This document shows positions 28,327 through 41,249 of a stretch of DNA of 64,000 bases, one piece after another. The notes under the pieces are model-generated. The model searched no databases, had not been told where the DNA came from, and saw only the letters and a list, made by a program, of their open reading frames with translations. Position 1 is the first letter of the stretch. Each line of letters begins with the position of its first letter. Location of the stretch: positions 23,374,001-23,438,000 of the forward strand of contig OZ024758.1 in the NCBI GenBank assembly GCA_964016885.1, given 5' to 3'. The stretch is from Eledone cirrhosa. Taxonomy: Eukaryota. The position numbers and the translations under genes were made by a program.

Positions 28327-29077
28327 TTAAAAGTTTTGAATATCTAAATCTGAATGTTTCTGTTTTATTGTCACTTCTTTTGAATTTGAGTTCTCTGTCC
28401 TCTGTTAGGTATTCTTTCTTTGCCTCTGTATCTGATTCTTTGATTGCCAATATGTTTATAGTACTTAGTGTTATCATATGAGTACATATCAAAATATAAT
28501 GGATATCCCTGTACATCCCATGCAAGCGTGGAAAAAAAGGACATAAAAACAATGATGATGATGATGGTGATGACTTTTCCTAGTGAAGGCATGTGGCTTA
28601 GTAGTTACGGTATTCAACTCACAATTGTCAAGTCCTGAGTTTGATTCCTGACTCAATGTGTCCTTGAGCAAGACACTTTATTTCATGTTGTTCCAGTCCA
28701 CTCAGCTTGCAAAAATGAGTTGTACCTATAATTCGAAGGGCCAGCCTTGCCACGCTGAAACTCCGTGAGAAATACATTAAGGGTGTGTGAGTCTGTTGAA
28801 TATTCAGCCACTTGCCCATTAATAACACGAGCAGGCTGTTCAGTTGATCGTATCAACTGGAACACTCGTTATTGTAACTTAACAGAGTGCCAGAGAGTAG
28901 AACAAAGAGTAGATTATGAGGTCTAGAAGATCAAATATTAGGGGTTAGTGTTTATTAGTATTAGTAAATAGAATCAACGTAAATAAAGAAAAAAGGTGTT
29001 GCTTTAGTCTAACAAATTAGTTGTGTATATATATATATGCAGGCGAATTGGCAGAGTCATTAAGACGTCGGATAGAA

Positions 29078-30478
29078 TCATCATCATCATCATCATCATC
29101 ATTTTACGTCTGCTTTTCCCTGCTTGCAAGGGTGGGACGGGAACTGATTCTGGCTTGATTTCTACAGCTGGATGCCCTTCCTAACACCAACCTCATTTAC
29201 AGTGAGTGCTGGGTGCTTTTTTGCCGTGGCCCCTCCACGTCCACTTAACAGTGAGGGCTGGGTGCTTTTTTTGCTGTGGCACCTCCACGTCCACTTTACA
29301 GTGTGGGCTGGGTGCTTTTTTGCCGTGGCCCCTCCACGTCCACTTTACAGTGTGGGCTGGGTGCTTTTTTGCCGTGGCACCTCCACGACCACTTTGCAGT
29401 GTGGGCTGGGTGCTTTTTTGCCGTGGCACCTCCACGTCCACTTTACAGTGTGGGCTGGGTGCTTTTTTGCCGTGGCCCCTCCACGTCCACTTTGCAGTGT
29501 GGGCTGGGTGCTTTTTTGCCGTGGCACCTCCACGACCACTTTACAGTGTGGGCTGGGTGCTTTTTTGCCGTGGCACCTCCACGACCACTTTGCAGTGTGG
29601 GCTGGGTGCTTTTTTGCCGTGGCCCCTCCACGTCCACTTTGCAGTGTGGGCTGGGTGCTTTTTTGCCGTGGCCCCTCCACGTCCACTTTACAGTGTGGGC
29701 TGGGTGCTTTTTTGCCGTGGCCCCTCCACGTCCACTTTGCAGTGTGGGCTGGGTGCTTTTTTGCCGTGGCACCTCCACGTCCACTTTACAGTGTGGGCTG
29801 GGTGCTTTTTTGCCGTGGCCCCTCCACGTCCACTTTGCAGTGTGGGCTGGGTGCTTTTTTGCCGTGGCACCTCCACGACCACTTTACAGTGTGGGCTGGG
29901 TGCTTTTTTGCCGTGGCACCTCCACGACCACTTTGCAGTGTGAGCTGGGTGCTTTTTTGCTGTGGCACCTCCACGACCACTTTGCAGTGTGAGCTGGGTG
30001 CTTTTTTGCCGTGGCACCTCCACGACCACTTTACAGTGTGGGCTGGGTGCTTTTTTGCCGTGGCACCTCCACGACCACTTTGCAGTGTGAGCTGGGTGCT
30101 TTTTTGCTGTGGCACCTCCACGACCACTTTGCAGTGTGAGCTGGGTGCTTTTTTGCTGTGGCACCTCCACGACCACTTTGCAGTGTGAGCTGGGTGCTTT
30201 TTTGCCGTGGCACCTCCACGACCACTTTACAGTGTGGGCTGGGTGCTTTTTTGCCGTGGCACCTCCACGACCACTTTGCAGTGTGAGCTGGGTGCTTTTT
30301 TGCTGTGGAAGGATATGGACCCCAGTCCCTATCATCTCATTTCTACAGCTGAGTAAACTGGAGCAATGTGAAATAAAGTGTCTTGCTCAAGGAAACAACA
30401 CATCACCCGGTCTGAGAATTGAACTCACAACCTTTCGATTGCAAGGCCTATGCTCTAACCACTCAGCCATGTGCCTCC
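29078..30478 (-). mobile_element. SINE family A copy with internal 49-bp VNTR expanded to ~22 units
   Basis: Normal tail (29078-29200) and head (30310-30478) enclose tandem GTGGGCTGGGTGCTTTTTTGCCGTGGCACCTCCACGACCACTTTACAGT units. Confidence 0.93.
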
Positions 30479-30749
30479 ATAGAATGCTTTCCGGTATTCT
30501 TCCCGCCTCATTGCCTGTTCTGAGCTCAAATCCCGCCGTGGGCAACGTTGCCTATCATCCTTTTGAGGTCAATAAAAAAAGTACCAGTCCACTACTGGGG
30601 TCGATTCTTCCTCTATAGAATAAATCGGCTGTGTTCAGACCTGGAGAAGGCTAGGCTCCACTCCACCAGGTTTAAAAGAGCCCTAGACATACTGTGTGAT
30701 GATGTGTCTAAGACTCCACAAGGAGTTATGGGATCTTTATCCTTTATAT

Positions 30750-30856
30750 TCGGGGTGTCCCCAAAAAATGTATACACACTTTGATGACCTGCGCAGGCAA
30801 TATTTATTAGAATGCCATTGAAGTGTGTATATATTTTTTGTGGGGGGACACCCTGT
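30750..30856. mobile_element. Short Tc1/mariner-type MITE (related copy at 10601-10680)
   Basis: GGGTGTCCCC...AAAATGTATACAC paired with GTGTATATATTTT...GGGGACACCC. Confidence 0.65.
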
Positions 30857-30909
30857 GTATTTAATGAGTAAACTGTATGTGTCATTGTGATATTGTCATA
30901 TTTTCACAG

Positions 30910-31251
30910 GTCCTCCAATGAATACTCCAAATGCTATGAACAATCAACCTGGCTATGGTCCCCCCATGTCTCAACAGCAACAAGGACCTCCTCCCCAAAG
31001 TCCACAGGGTTATCCAGGTCCACAGCAACCTATGATGTCACAACCTTCTTCAGCTCCTCCAGGGATGTCTCAGGGTCAAGCTATGCCTCCACAGCAGTCA
31101 ATGATGCAACAGAGTCAAGCTGGCAACAATCCAATGATGAGTGGTCCCTCCCCAGGACCCCCACCTTCCAATCAACCAATGGGATCACGAGCAATGCCAC
31201 CACCCAATGCCTATAGAAGATCCCCATCTCAGGGTAGGCTCAACATGCAAG
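30910..31251 (+). CDS. SS18: SS18-like coding exon 6 (QPGY-like)
   Basis: TTTTCACAG acceptor; GPPMNTPNAMNNQPGYGPPMSQQQQG...GRLNMQ; donor AAG|GTAAAG; phase 1 to 1. Confidence 0.88.
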
Positions 31252-31789
31252 GTAAAGACACTTTCGGGATTTTTATTATTATTATTTGAGAAGGACGGTA
31301 GAATGTCAGACACCATGCTTCACAGCATGGAGTTACGGCCTTTTATGTTCTGGTATCAAATCCCACCGAAGTTAGTTTTGCCTTTCGTACTTATGAAAGT
31401 ACCAGTCACTTACGTCAATTTAATTGACTTTCCCCCGTCCCCCAAAACTGCTGGCATTGTGCCTAAATCAGAAACCATTATTCGAGAAGGGCAGTACCTG
31501 TAGAGTGCCAGACATCATCCTTCGCTGCATATAGTTATGGCCTTTTATGTTCTGATTTCAAATCCTGCCGAGATTAGTTTTGCCTTTCATCCTTAATTAG
31601 CTACTTTCAGCTATTCAACTTACATCAAACTGAAAGTTAGTTCAATAATTAAATTCACTGGATTAAATATTTATTCTTCAGACGTAACCTCTTGCTTTAG
31701 AATTTAAAAACGTTTTCCAACTTGTTATGGCCTTTTGGAATGTGACATGTTTATTTGATATCGTAGAAATGCAACATTTTGCTGTAGAT

Positions 31790-32483
31790 CAGAGGTGCCC
31801 AACCACCAGGCCACAAACTGATACCAGTCCCTGGATCATTTGCTACCGGGTCGCAAAGAAATAATTTACTTGTTTAACCCTTTAGTGTTCAAACCGTCCA
31901 GAATTCTCTACCTCTTTCGGTTGAAACTGGCTGTAACTGGTCACTCAAACTGATATTAAGGTATTGTTTTGAAAATAAATACTTTCAAAATTTCATAGAT
32001 TCGATATTATGTGAGGTAAAGCCTTTACCATTAAAATATAATAGTATATATAAAATAATTGTTTCTACATTTGGCACAAAAATCCAGCAATTACCCCAGT
32101 GCATTACTGGTACTTTATTTTATCAACCCCGTAAGGATGAAATGCAAAGTTAACCTCGGCGGGATTTGAACTCAGAATAGCAAGAGTCGTAACTCTATGC
32201 TTCAAAGCATGGCGTTCGACCCTCTACCGATACTGCCAATCCACCAAAATAATGTGAATGCTAAAGGGTTAAAATTATATAATAGATAGATTGAATATTG
32301 GACTTTAATTTAAAAAGATTTGTTTAAATATTCAATATTCATCTATTTTAATAAATTGCTCTTTTTATTATTGTTCTCTTTATCAAAATGCACTTAAATA
32401 ACACATATGTGCAACTACCGGTCCGTGGAAAGATTGTCCGACATGAAGCCTGTCCATTGTATAAAAAAGGTTGGAGACTACTG
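31790..32483. mobile_element. hAT/Charlie-like MITE containing a piggyBac MITE that contains a SINE
   Basis: Ends CAGAGGTGCCCAACC / GGTTGGAGACTACTG; flanks CTGTAGAT / CTGTAAGAT resemble an 8-bp TSD. Confidence 0.7.
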
Positions 32484-33236
32484 CTGTAAGATATTTACAG
32501 TACTGTGGAACCTCGCTTTATGAAAATGCCTCTCATCGCGAATAAATCGGTTCAGGAACAATTTTTCCGAACATAAAACATCACGGTTGACAAACGGTGT
32601 CTCGAGTAATGAACACATAAGCCAGCAACAACAGTTGGTGACAAGCTGGGAGTATCAGCAGGAATGTGTCACTTGTTGTGTAGTTAGTTACTATGGTGAT
32701 ATCTATCTGTCTTTCACACACAGTCTCTCACTCTCTCTCTCTCACTGTATTTTTCTCTCAACATTTCATATGGGGAAAATAGTTTGGGTTTACGAACATT
32801 TAGATGATGTATCATCATCATCATCATCATTTCATTTTACGTCCGCTTTTTCCCTGCTTGCAAGGGCGGGACGGGAACTGATTCTGGCTTGATTTCTACA
32901 GCTGGATGCCCTTCCTAACACCAACCTCATTTACAGTGAGTGCTGGGTGCTTTTTTGACGTGGCACCTCCACGTCCACTTTGCAGTGGAATGATAGGGAC
33001 CCCAGTCCCTATCATCTCATTTCTACAGCTGAGTAAACTGGAGCAATGTGAAATAAAGTGTCTTGCTCAAGGAAACAACACATCGCCCGGTCTGAGAATT
33101 GAACTCACAACCTTTCGATTGCAAGGCCAATGCTCTAACCACTAAGCCATGTGCCTCCATGTATGTTTGCTGAAACCCTGTAGTTTTGTTTCAGTGACTG
33201 AATCTTTCTTAATATAAATCCTTTTTCTCTTGGCAG

Positions 33237-34585
33237 GTCAACAGTACAGTCAGCAGCAAGCCTATGCTCAGCAGCAATATAATTCACAGCCACCATATAC
33301 TCAGGGCCAAGGGCAGCAGTCTTATACTCAACAACCAGGCTACAGTCAATCTCCAGGACCTGGTGGAGGTCCAGCACCTGGACCTAACATGTCTCCACAA
33401 TCACAGTACTCAAACTATCCGGGTGGTGGTCAATCTCAAACACGCTATAATCCTTATAACAGACCTCAGCAAGGTCCACCAGGTATGCCGCCTTCTGGAC
33501 CTCTTCCTCCTGGTTCTATGCAAGGCCCCCCTGGTGCTATGCAAGGGCCACCCGGCTCCATGCAAGGGCCGCCCGGCTCCATGCAAGGCCCCCCTGGAGG
33601 CATGCAAGGACCACCTGGTTCCATGCAGGGACCACCTGGTGGTATGCAGGGCCCACCTGGAGCCATGCAAGGACCACCTGGTTCTATGCAGGGCCCACCC
33701 GGTGGTATGCAAGGCCCACCCGGTGGTATGCAAGGCCCACCTGGTGGTATGCAAGGACCACCCGGTGCTATGCAAGGCCCACCTGGTGCTATGCAGGGCC
33801 CACCCGGCTCTATGCAGGGCCCACCTGGTTCTATGCAAGGCCCACCCGGTGCTATGCAAGGACCACCTGGTTCAATGCAAGGACCACCTGGCTCCATGCA
33901 GGGACCACCTGGTTCGATGCAAGGCCCTCCAGGATCCATGCAGGGACCACCTGGCTCTATGCAGGGTCCACCTGGATCTATGCAAGGCCCTCCAGGATCC
34001 ATGCAAGGTCCACCAGGCTCTATGTCTGGTCCACCCGGCCCCATGTCTGGTCCACCCGGCCCCATGTCTGGTCCACCCGGTCCCATGTCTGGCCCATCCG
34101 GTCCCATGTCTGGTCCTCCCGTGTCCATGTCTGGTCCTCCGCCTGGCTCTATGTCCGGTCCTCCGCCAGTTTCCATGTCCGGCCCTCAGGGTCCGATGGG
34201 TCCCAGCGGCGGCGGGGGGCAAATGAACCCCAACAGCAATCAGATGGGCGGACAAAACCAAATGCCAGTGTCGGGAAGTAGCTCGATGCAACAGCCGAAC
34301 AGCATGAGCAACAGTGTTGTGAGTGGGGCGGGTGGTGGTGGCGGCGGAGGCGGGGGTGGAGGTGGCGGCGGCGGTGGAGGCAGCAATAGTAGTAACAGTG
34401 GGGGAGGCGGTGGCGGCGGCGGTGGTGGTGGTGGTGGTGGTGGTGGTAGTAGTGGTAGTAGTGGTGGTGGTGGTGGTGGTGGTGCTGGTGGAAGTAGCAA
34501 CAGTGGGCAGCAGTCGCACATGCCTAATAGCCAGATGTCTGGTCAGGGTCAGTCGGGTTACTCTTACAACCAAAACCAGTATTAA
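33237..34585 (+). CDS. SS18: SS18-like terminal coding exon 7 (QPGY region, heptad repeat, poly-Gly)
   Basis: CTTTTTCTCTTGGCAG acceptor, phase 1; GQQYSQQQAYAQQQY...GQGQSGYSYNQNQY, stop TAA 34583-34585. Spliced CDS is 2214 nt (737 aa). Confidence 0.88.
33506..34200 (+). repeat. Coding 21-bp repeat encoding GPPG[S/G/A/P]M[Q/S] heptads
   Basis: About 30 units in the exon 7 frame; third codon positions vary between units while the peptide is kept. Confidence 0.95.
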
Positions 34586-34681
34586 CTTAGCAACCTCGCT
34601 GTGTTAGGCTACAACGATGCCCTACTACTCTCCCTCCACCCACATTGTCTGTTTTAGGGGGGGGAAACAGGGAGGGGGGGT

Positions 34682-34714
<33 letters not shown>

Positions 34715-35051
34715 CCTTCCTCCCTCCTCTTCCGTGGCTCTGGAAAGGACATTTAAAAGGCTGGGCATCTCTGGACTGAATGTTTTAGAATATTTTAGTT
34801 TCAAGCCATCTTGGTTCTGAATCAAATCTCACCAGAGTTGACTTTGCCTTTCTTTCTCATGGGTGGTGGGTAAGGGGTATCAAATACATACATGTCATTT
34901 TTTTTTTTTTTTTTTTTTTTTTTTTGGTGTCAATTCAGTCTCAACCCAACTTTACACTCCCCACCCCCCCTACAAAAAAATATTGGCCCTTTATCTATAT
35001 CTAGAGAAAGGAGATCATTATTATCATTATTATTCTTATTATTCTTATCAA

Positions 35052-36856
35052 AGGGCGGTGGATTGGCAGTATCGGTGGAGGGTCGGACGCCAAGCTTTCC
35101 ATCATAGTTACGACCCTTTACGAACTGAGTTCAAATCCCGCCGAGGTTGACTTTGCCTTTCATCCTTACGGGGGTCGATAAAATAAAGTACCAGTAATGC
35201 ACTGGGTAATTGCTGGCCTTGTGCCTAAAGTAGAAACAATTATTATTCTTATTATTGAAGATGGTTATATGAGTTAAAATATCTCGCCGAGGTTAACTTT
35301 GCTTTTCATCATTACGGGGCTGTCGATGAAATAAAGTATCAGTAATACACGGGGGTGGGGGTTTGATTTAATAGACTCCCCTTCCCCCCACACACACACA
35401 CGCGCCCCACCCCCCTCTCCCCCACCCCCAAAAAAATTTCCGGCCTTTTTGCCTAAATCAGAAACCATTATTACTAATGCCATGGGTGGTATGATGCAAC
35501 ATTAAGGTTTTCAAGGAACCACATAAACATTCTGGTTTCTTTCGCATCATAAATAATCAAAGGGGGAAAAGGATGTCTGTTACTGCATTCATTTGTCCCC
35601 CGTCTCTTTTAATAAACGCAAGGCTCTTTGTAAGAAATCATTATTGTTATGTTAGGACTGTGGATTGGCAGTATCGGTAGAGGGTCGGACGGCATGCTTT
35701 GCAAGCAAAGAGTTACGGCCCTTGCCATTCTGAGTTCAAATCCCGCCGGGGTTAACTTTGCCTTTCATCCTTACGGGGGTTCGATAAAAAATAAAGTACC
35801 AGTAACGCACTGGGGTAATTGCTGGCCTTGTGCCAAAAGTAGAAACAATTATTGTTATGTTAGGACTGTTACTACAAGTAGTGATGGTGCCGTTGCCAGA
35901 GATGGCAGCGGAAATGGCTGCTTCTTGCTATCAGAAACTTCAATGCCTTGTTCTATGCTCAAATCTAAGTGGAGTCAGCTTTGCCTTTCATCTCATCAGG
36001 ACCAAATAACATAACTGTGGTTTGTTAAATCAACTAAATTTCCCCCCATCTTCTTCACTACAAATTTGGCCATTGTGCATAAATTGAAAAGTAACCGTTG
36101 TTGTTGTTATTATTATCATTATGCCGAGGTTGACTTTGCCTTTCATCCTTACGGGGGGGGGGGGGGGGGTCGATAAAATAAAGTACCAGTAATGCACTGG
36201 GGTAATTGCTGGCCTTGTGCCTAAAATAGAAACAATTATCATTGGATTGGCAGTATCGGTAGAGGGTCGGATGCCATGCTTTCCAGCATAGTTACGTCCC
36301 TTTACAATCTGAGTTCAAATCCCGCCGAGGTTAACTTTGCCTTTCATCCTTACGGGGGTCGATAAAATAAAGTACCAGTAATGTACTGGGTAATTGCTGG
36401 CCTTGTGCCTAAAATAGAAACAATTATCATTATTACTAATGGCAGTGTGGATTGGCAGTATCGGTAGAGGGTCGGACACCATGCTTTGCAGCACAGTTAC
36501 GTCCCTTTATGGTCTGAGTTCAAATCCCGCCGAGGTTAACTTTGCCTTTCATCCTTACAGGGTCGATAAAATAAAGTACCAGTAATACACTGGGTAATTG
36601 CTGGCCTTGTGCCAAAAAGTAGAAACAATTATTATTACTAATGGCAGTGGATTGACAGAATCGGTAGAATGTCAGACACTATGCTTCGTGGCATAGAGTT
36701 ACGGCCTTTTACGTTCTGCGTTCAAATCCTGTTGAGGTTAGCTTTGCCTTTCATCCCTATGGGGTCGATAAAATAAAGTACCAGTAATGCACTGGAGTCA
36801 ATTTAATCGACTGTCCCCTCCCCCAAAATTGCTGGCCTTGTGCCTATACCAGAAAC

Positions 36857-36865
<9 letters not shown>
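35052..36865 (+). mobile_element. Cluster of ~7 co-oriented SINE family B copies downstream of the SS18 stop
   Basis: Head GGATTGGCAGTATCGGTAGAG, B-box GAGTTCAAATCCC, centre GCCTTTCATCCTTACGGGGTCGATAAAATAAAGTACC (resembles the Nin/Deu-type SINE domain, from memory), (ATT)n tail. Other copies near 11035(-), 16930(-), 32058(-), 47425(-), 50005, 50783, 58692, 58985(-), 62253. Confidence 0.9.
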
Positions 36866-36887
<22 letters not shown>

Positions 36888-39867
36888 GATAATATTACTA
36901 CCACTATATGAATTAAACCTTTTTCAAACTATTTACCTTGAAAGGTGGGAAAGGAGAAAGCTGTAAACCTATAGAGTGGAACAGGGGGAGGGGAGGGGCT
37001 GTACTAACACCCTAGTTGGGAACAGAACTGAAGCACCAAGTTGAGAAGAGGGCTTGCTTAGTTGTACTACATTCCCGGAGTTGACCCATTCAGGTATTTT
37101 TATATATATTGCTCTTCTTGTATGATCATTTGTGATGATGTTGCTAGAAAATACATTACAAAAACAAAACAAAGGGACTCTGAAATCTTCTGCAAAGGTT
37201 TTTGAAGTACTTGTGATCACCAGCAATATGGGTATGTGTGTATATACGCATTTCAGTGATGCGTAACACTGTCATTGCAAACCGTACAGGTTTTTTTTTT
37301 TTTGGTTTTTTTTTGTCCCCCATTCCCCTTTTTGTGTAATTCGATTTTTACCCTAACCAAGTCTCGTCCACACGCAAAAACAAAAAACATAAAAGAGACG
37401 TAACAAAAAAAAACAACAAAAAACTTCTCATAATCACCAATTAACATCACAGTTGCCTTGTATAATTAATTATTATCAGCTCAAATCTTTTTTATGGTCT
37501 TACATAAAGTGTTTTTCCTTTCTCTTCCCCTATCCCTCCTTATTTGGAATTGTTATGCTTATTTGCATTTAACCCTTTAGCATTTACATTACTCTCTATA
37601 TACTATTGTTACAGCCTTTTACGTTCTGAGTTCAGTAAAGGCTTTATCTCAAATAATATCTCAGATAATATCAAATCTATGAGATTTTGATGTTATTTAT
37701 TTTGAGAACAATACCTTAACATAAGTATGAGTAGCAAGTTACAGCCAGTTTGAACAAAAAAAGGTGAGAGAATTCTGGCCGGATACAGCCGGTTTAAATG
37801 CTAAAGGGTTAAGATGAGAGTGAGTTAAGTGTGAAAGTATTTATATTTAAAAGCTTTTATTTTTCTTTCTATTTTTTTCTTCTTTTCTTTTTTAATACTT
37901 GAAATATGCTTGTTTGCATTTAAGCTTGGTTGGGTAAAGAAAGAATGTATGTAAGTATTTATATATTTGAAAGATTTTTTCCCTTGATTATTGAAACAGA
38001 AGAATATGGGTTGAGATTTTTAAATGTATTTTTAAATTTTAAATTTTTAATTATTTTTTTTTTTAATGCTTTTTCCTTTCACCAAAGAGAGTGTTATCAT
38101 GTATGTTTGTATATAAATGTGTGCGTGTGACAATTTTAATCTTTTTTTTTTTTCAAAATGGTTATCCACTTAGATTATTTTTTTTGGTTTCTTCAGGCAG
38201 TGCAATGATTGAATAAAAGATTTTTTTTTTTCCTCCTCCTCATTCCTAATACATTTTTTTAATCAGTTTGGTTATTGCTATCTTTAACAACAGTTTGATA
38301 AAGACGATTCTTCAAAGTGAAGAGAAATGAGAGAAATCCTATTTCTGTAGTGTTTTTAGAGGCTTGTAACACCATACTAGAGTGTGCCTCTCACCTTATG
38401 AATAAGAGATTTGTGTATTATCACAAATTTTGTATTGTCCATATGAAAGCACTTTGTGCTTGTTAACCTTCACCTGTTAAAAAAGGGATAGGGGTCGCCA
38501 GGCTACATATAGCTCTAGACAGAAACAACTCTGGCCAACTGTCACAGTAATCCTAAATAGTTTAGGAATGGAATTTTGTTGTTTATTTTTCTGTGCTGTT
38601 ATCAATAATAGATCGTGAGCTGCAGTCTGTTTGGAAGCAGATACTTCTCATTCTTACGAAATAGAGACAGTGCCTACCAGATAGATGACAGACAAATATG
38701 AAGGAGACTGCTTTAACCCTTTATCATTTACATTACTCTATATTTACTTTTGTATTTTCATTATAAAGGCTTTATCTAGACATAATATTCAATCTATGAG
38801 ATTTTGAGAACAATACCATAATGACAGTATGAGCAGCCGGTTACAGCCAGTTTGAACAGAAAAAGGTGAGAGAGTTCTGGCTGGATATGGCCGGTTTAAA
38901 TGCTAAAGGATTAATGGGCTGGCATACAAACTCTAACAATCCACTACAAGAAAGATTTCTTTATTATTATTATTTTTGTTCCTTTTGGATATTTGTGGCG
39001 TGGATGGAAAAGAATGAGTGAATTCATGAGGCATGGGTACATGAGTTCGATATCTTCAACATCATTATCACCATCATCATTGTCATTATCATCATCCTCA
39101 TCATCATCATCACTACCATTATCATCATCGTCATCATCATCATCATCATCATTGGTAATTAGCCTTCAGCATATACTGGACCTAAGTCTGTAGGTGGGCT
39201 TCTCAATGAACCTAAAAACTATATCTTTTGACAGAGTTGGTCAACATCAAATTTAATAAATAAAATTTTTAAAAAAATTTCTATAAAAAAAACAACCTAA
39301 CAAACTCAGCTATAATTGAATCTAAGGACTCCAACCCATTTCAAAATTCAGTGTGGAGTCACTATTGACTTTGCAAATTTATATTTTATTTTATTATTAA
39401 TATTTTTCTCCCATTCTTCCATTAATACATTATCATTTCCCCCCTCCCCAACTACTTTTTAACCCCCAGGAACCAATTATATATTTTTTTCTTCTCTACT
39501 TCATCTCCATACTGCCTCGACTCTTGTAAAATAAAAAAAAAAAATTTAAAAATTGGTAAATAAATTCCACAATAATAAAATAAAATAAATCTATTAAAAA
39601 AAAAAAAAAAAAAAACAAACTGTGCTTCCTGATACAAAACATCATCTTTCTTCAATATTTATATAAGGTTTTGAAAAATGAATTTTGAAAAACTAAGTGT
39701 GAGAAAAAAAAATGATAGTAAATGAAAAAGAAAAGGAAAAAAAAAATGTATCTGTACCTTGAGTCAGTCAGTTGTATGCAATATATATATATATATATAT
39801 ACATACATACATACATACATAAATTGTTTGTATATATAATATATATCATATATATACATTATATATA

Positions 39868-39900
<33 letters not shown>

Positions 39901-39959
39901 CATACACATATATTATAAAACCCTTGCAAACTTCAGGTTATCAGACCAAATATGGTATG

Positions 39960-40039
<80 letters not shown>

Positions 40040-40960
40040 AATATATCATATATATACATTTTATATATATATCATATATATATATTATAAAATCCTTGCA
40101 AACTTCAGGTTATCAGACCAAATATGGTATGTGAGTGTGACATTTCGTATGTATGGTTGTCAGGCAGTTTTACTGAGTGTTTTTTGGGGAGGTTTTTTTT
40201 ATTATTATTTTTTTTTAATTCTTCAGTGAATCTTTTAGTTTATTTTGTTTGTTTTTGTTTTGTTTTTTCTTTCTAAAATTCTAAATTTCCATGTGGTTAA
40301 ATATAACTTTGTAAATATTGTGAAAAATTGTACAGTAACTGTACAGAATTTTTTTTATATATAATCTTTTTACAATAATAACTGACTTATTATTATTGTT
40401 GTTGTTGTTGTTGTTATTTATATATATTATTAGCATGATAACCTGTGATAGAACTATACAACAGTGATGAAATAGCTTCAAGATCTTTGATTCATTGGTA
40501 TATATATGTATATATAAATGGAGGCACATGGCTTAGTGGTTAGAGCATTGGCCTTGCAGTCGAAAGGTTGTGAGTTCAATTCTCAGACTGGGTGATGTGT
40601 TGTTTCCTTGAGCAAGACACTTTATTTCACATTGCTCCAGTTTACTGAGCTGTAGAAATGAGATGATAGGGACTGAGGTCCCTATCATTCCACTGTAAAG
40701 TGGTCGTGAAGGTGCCACGGCAAAAAAGCACCCAGCCCACACTGTAAAGTGGTCGTGGAGGTGCCACGGCAAAAAAGCACCCTGCACTCACTGTAAATGA
40801 GGTTGGTGTTAGGAAGGGCATCCAGCTGTAGAAATCAAGCCAGAATCGGTTCCCATCCCAGCCTTGCAAGCAGGGAATAGCGGACGTAAAATGATGATGA
40901 TGATATATATATTAAAAGTGACAAAGGTGCTGTGTGGTTACTGATAAATATTGTTAGAAA

Positions 40961-41249
40961 ATGTAAGAAAAACAGAAACATGAGGACAATTCCGCTCTTT
41001 GGCTGTCTGCCGTGGGTCGTTGATGTTTCAACGCATTAAAGACAGTACATCTCACCATAGTGCGTTAATAACTACGGGGTGTCTGGGTATTTTTGGTTTT
41101 TTTTTTTTTTCATTCCCTAATAACTACACCTTGCTGTTATTAACGTACTGTGGTGAGATGTTCTGTCTTTAATGCATCAAAACATCAGCGACCCACAGCA
41201 GACAGCCGAAGAGCAGTAATTGTCCTCATGTTTGTGTTGCTCTTATATA
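40961..41249. repeat. Hairpin element, ~120-bp inverted arms
   Basis: AAACATGAGGACAATT...GTTAATAAC pairs with GTTATTAAC...AATTGTCCTCATGTTT. Confidence 0.9.

Noticed and set aside
29172-30618. Multiple long overlapping ORFs on both strands
   Set aside because: By-product of the 49-bp VNTR inside a SINE; the same peptides recur at every SINE copy.
33506-34200. Collagen-like call for the GPP repeats
   Set aside because: The period is 7 residues, not Gly-X-Y, so no triple helix is expected.
33264-34607. Alternative-frame and antisense ORFs over SS18 exon 7
   Set aside because: Shadows of the GC-rich coding repeat; only the QPGY frame fits the upstream exon phase.
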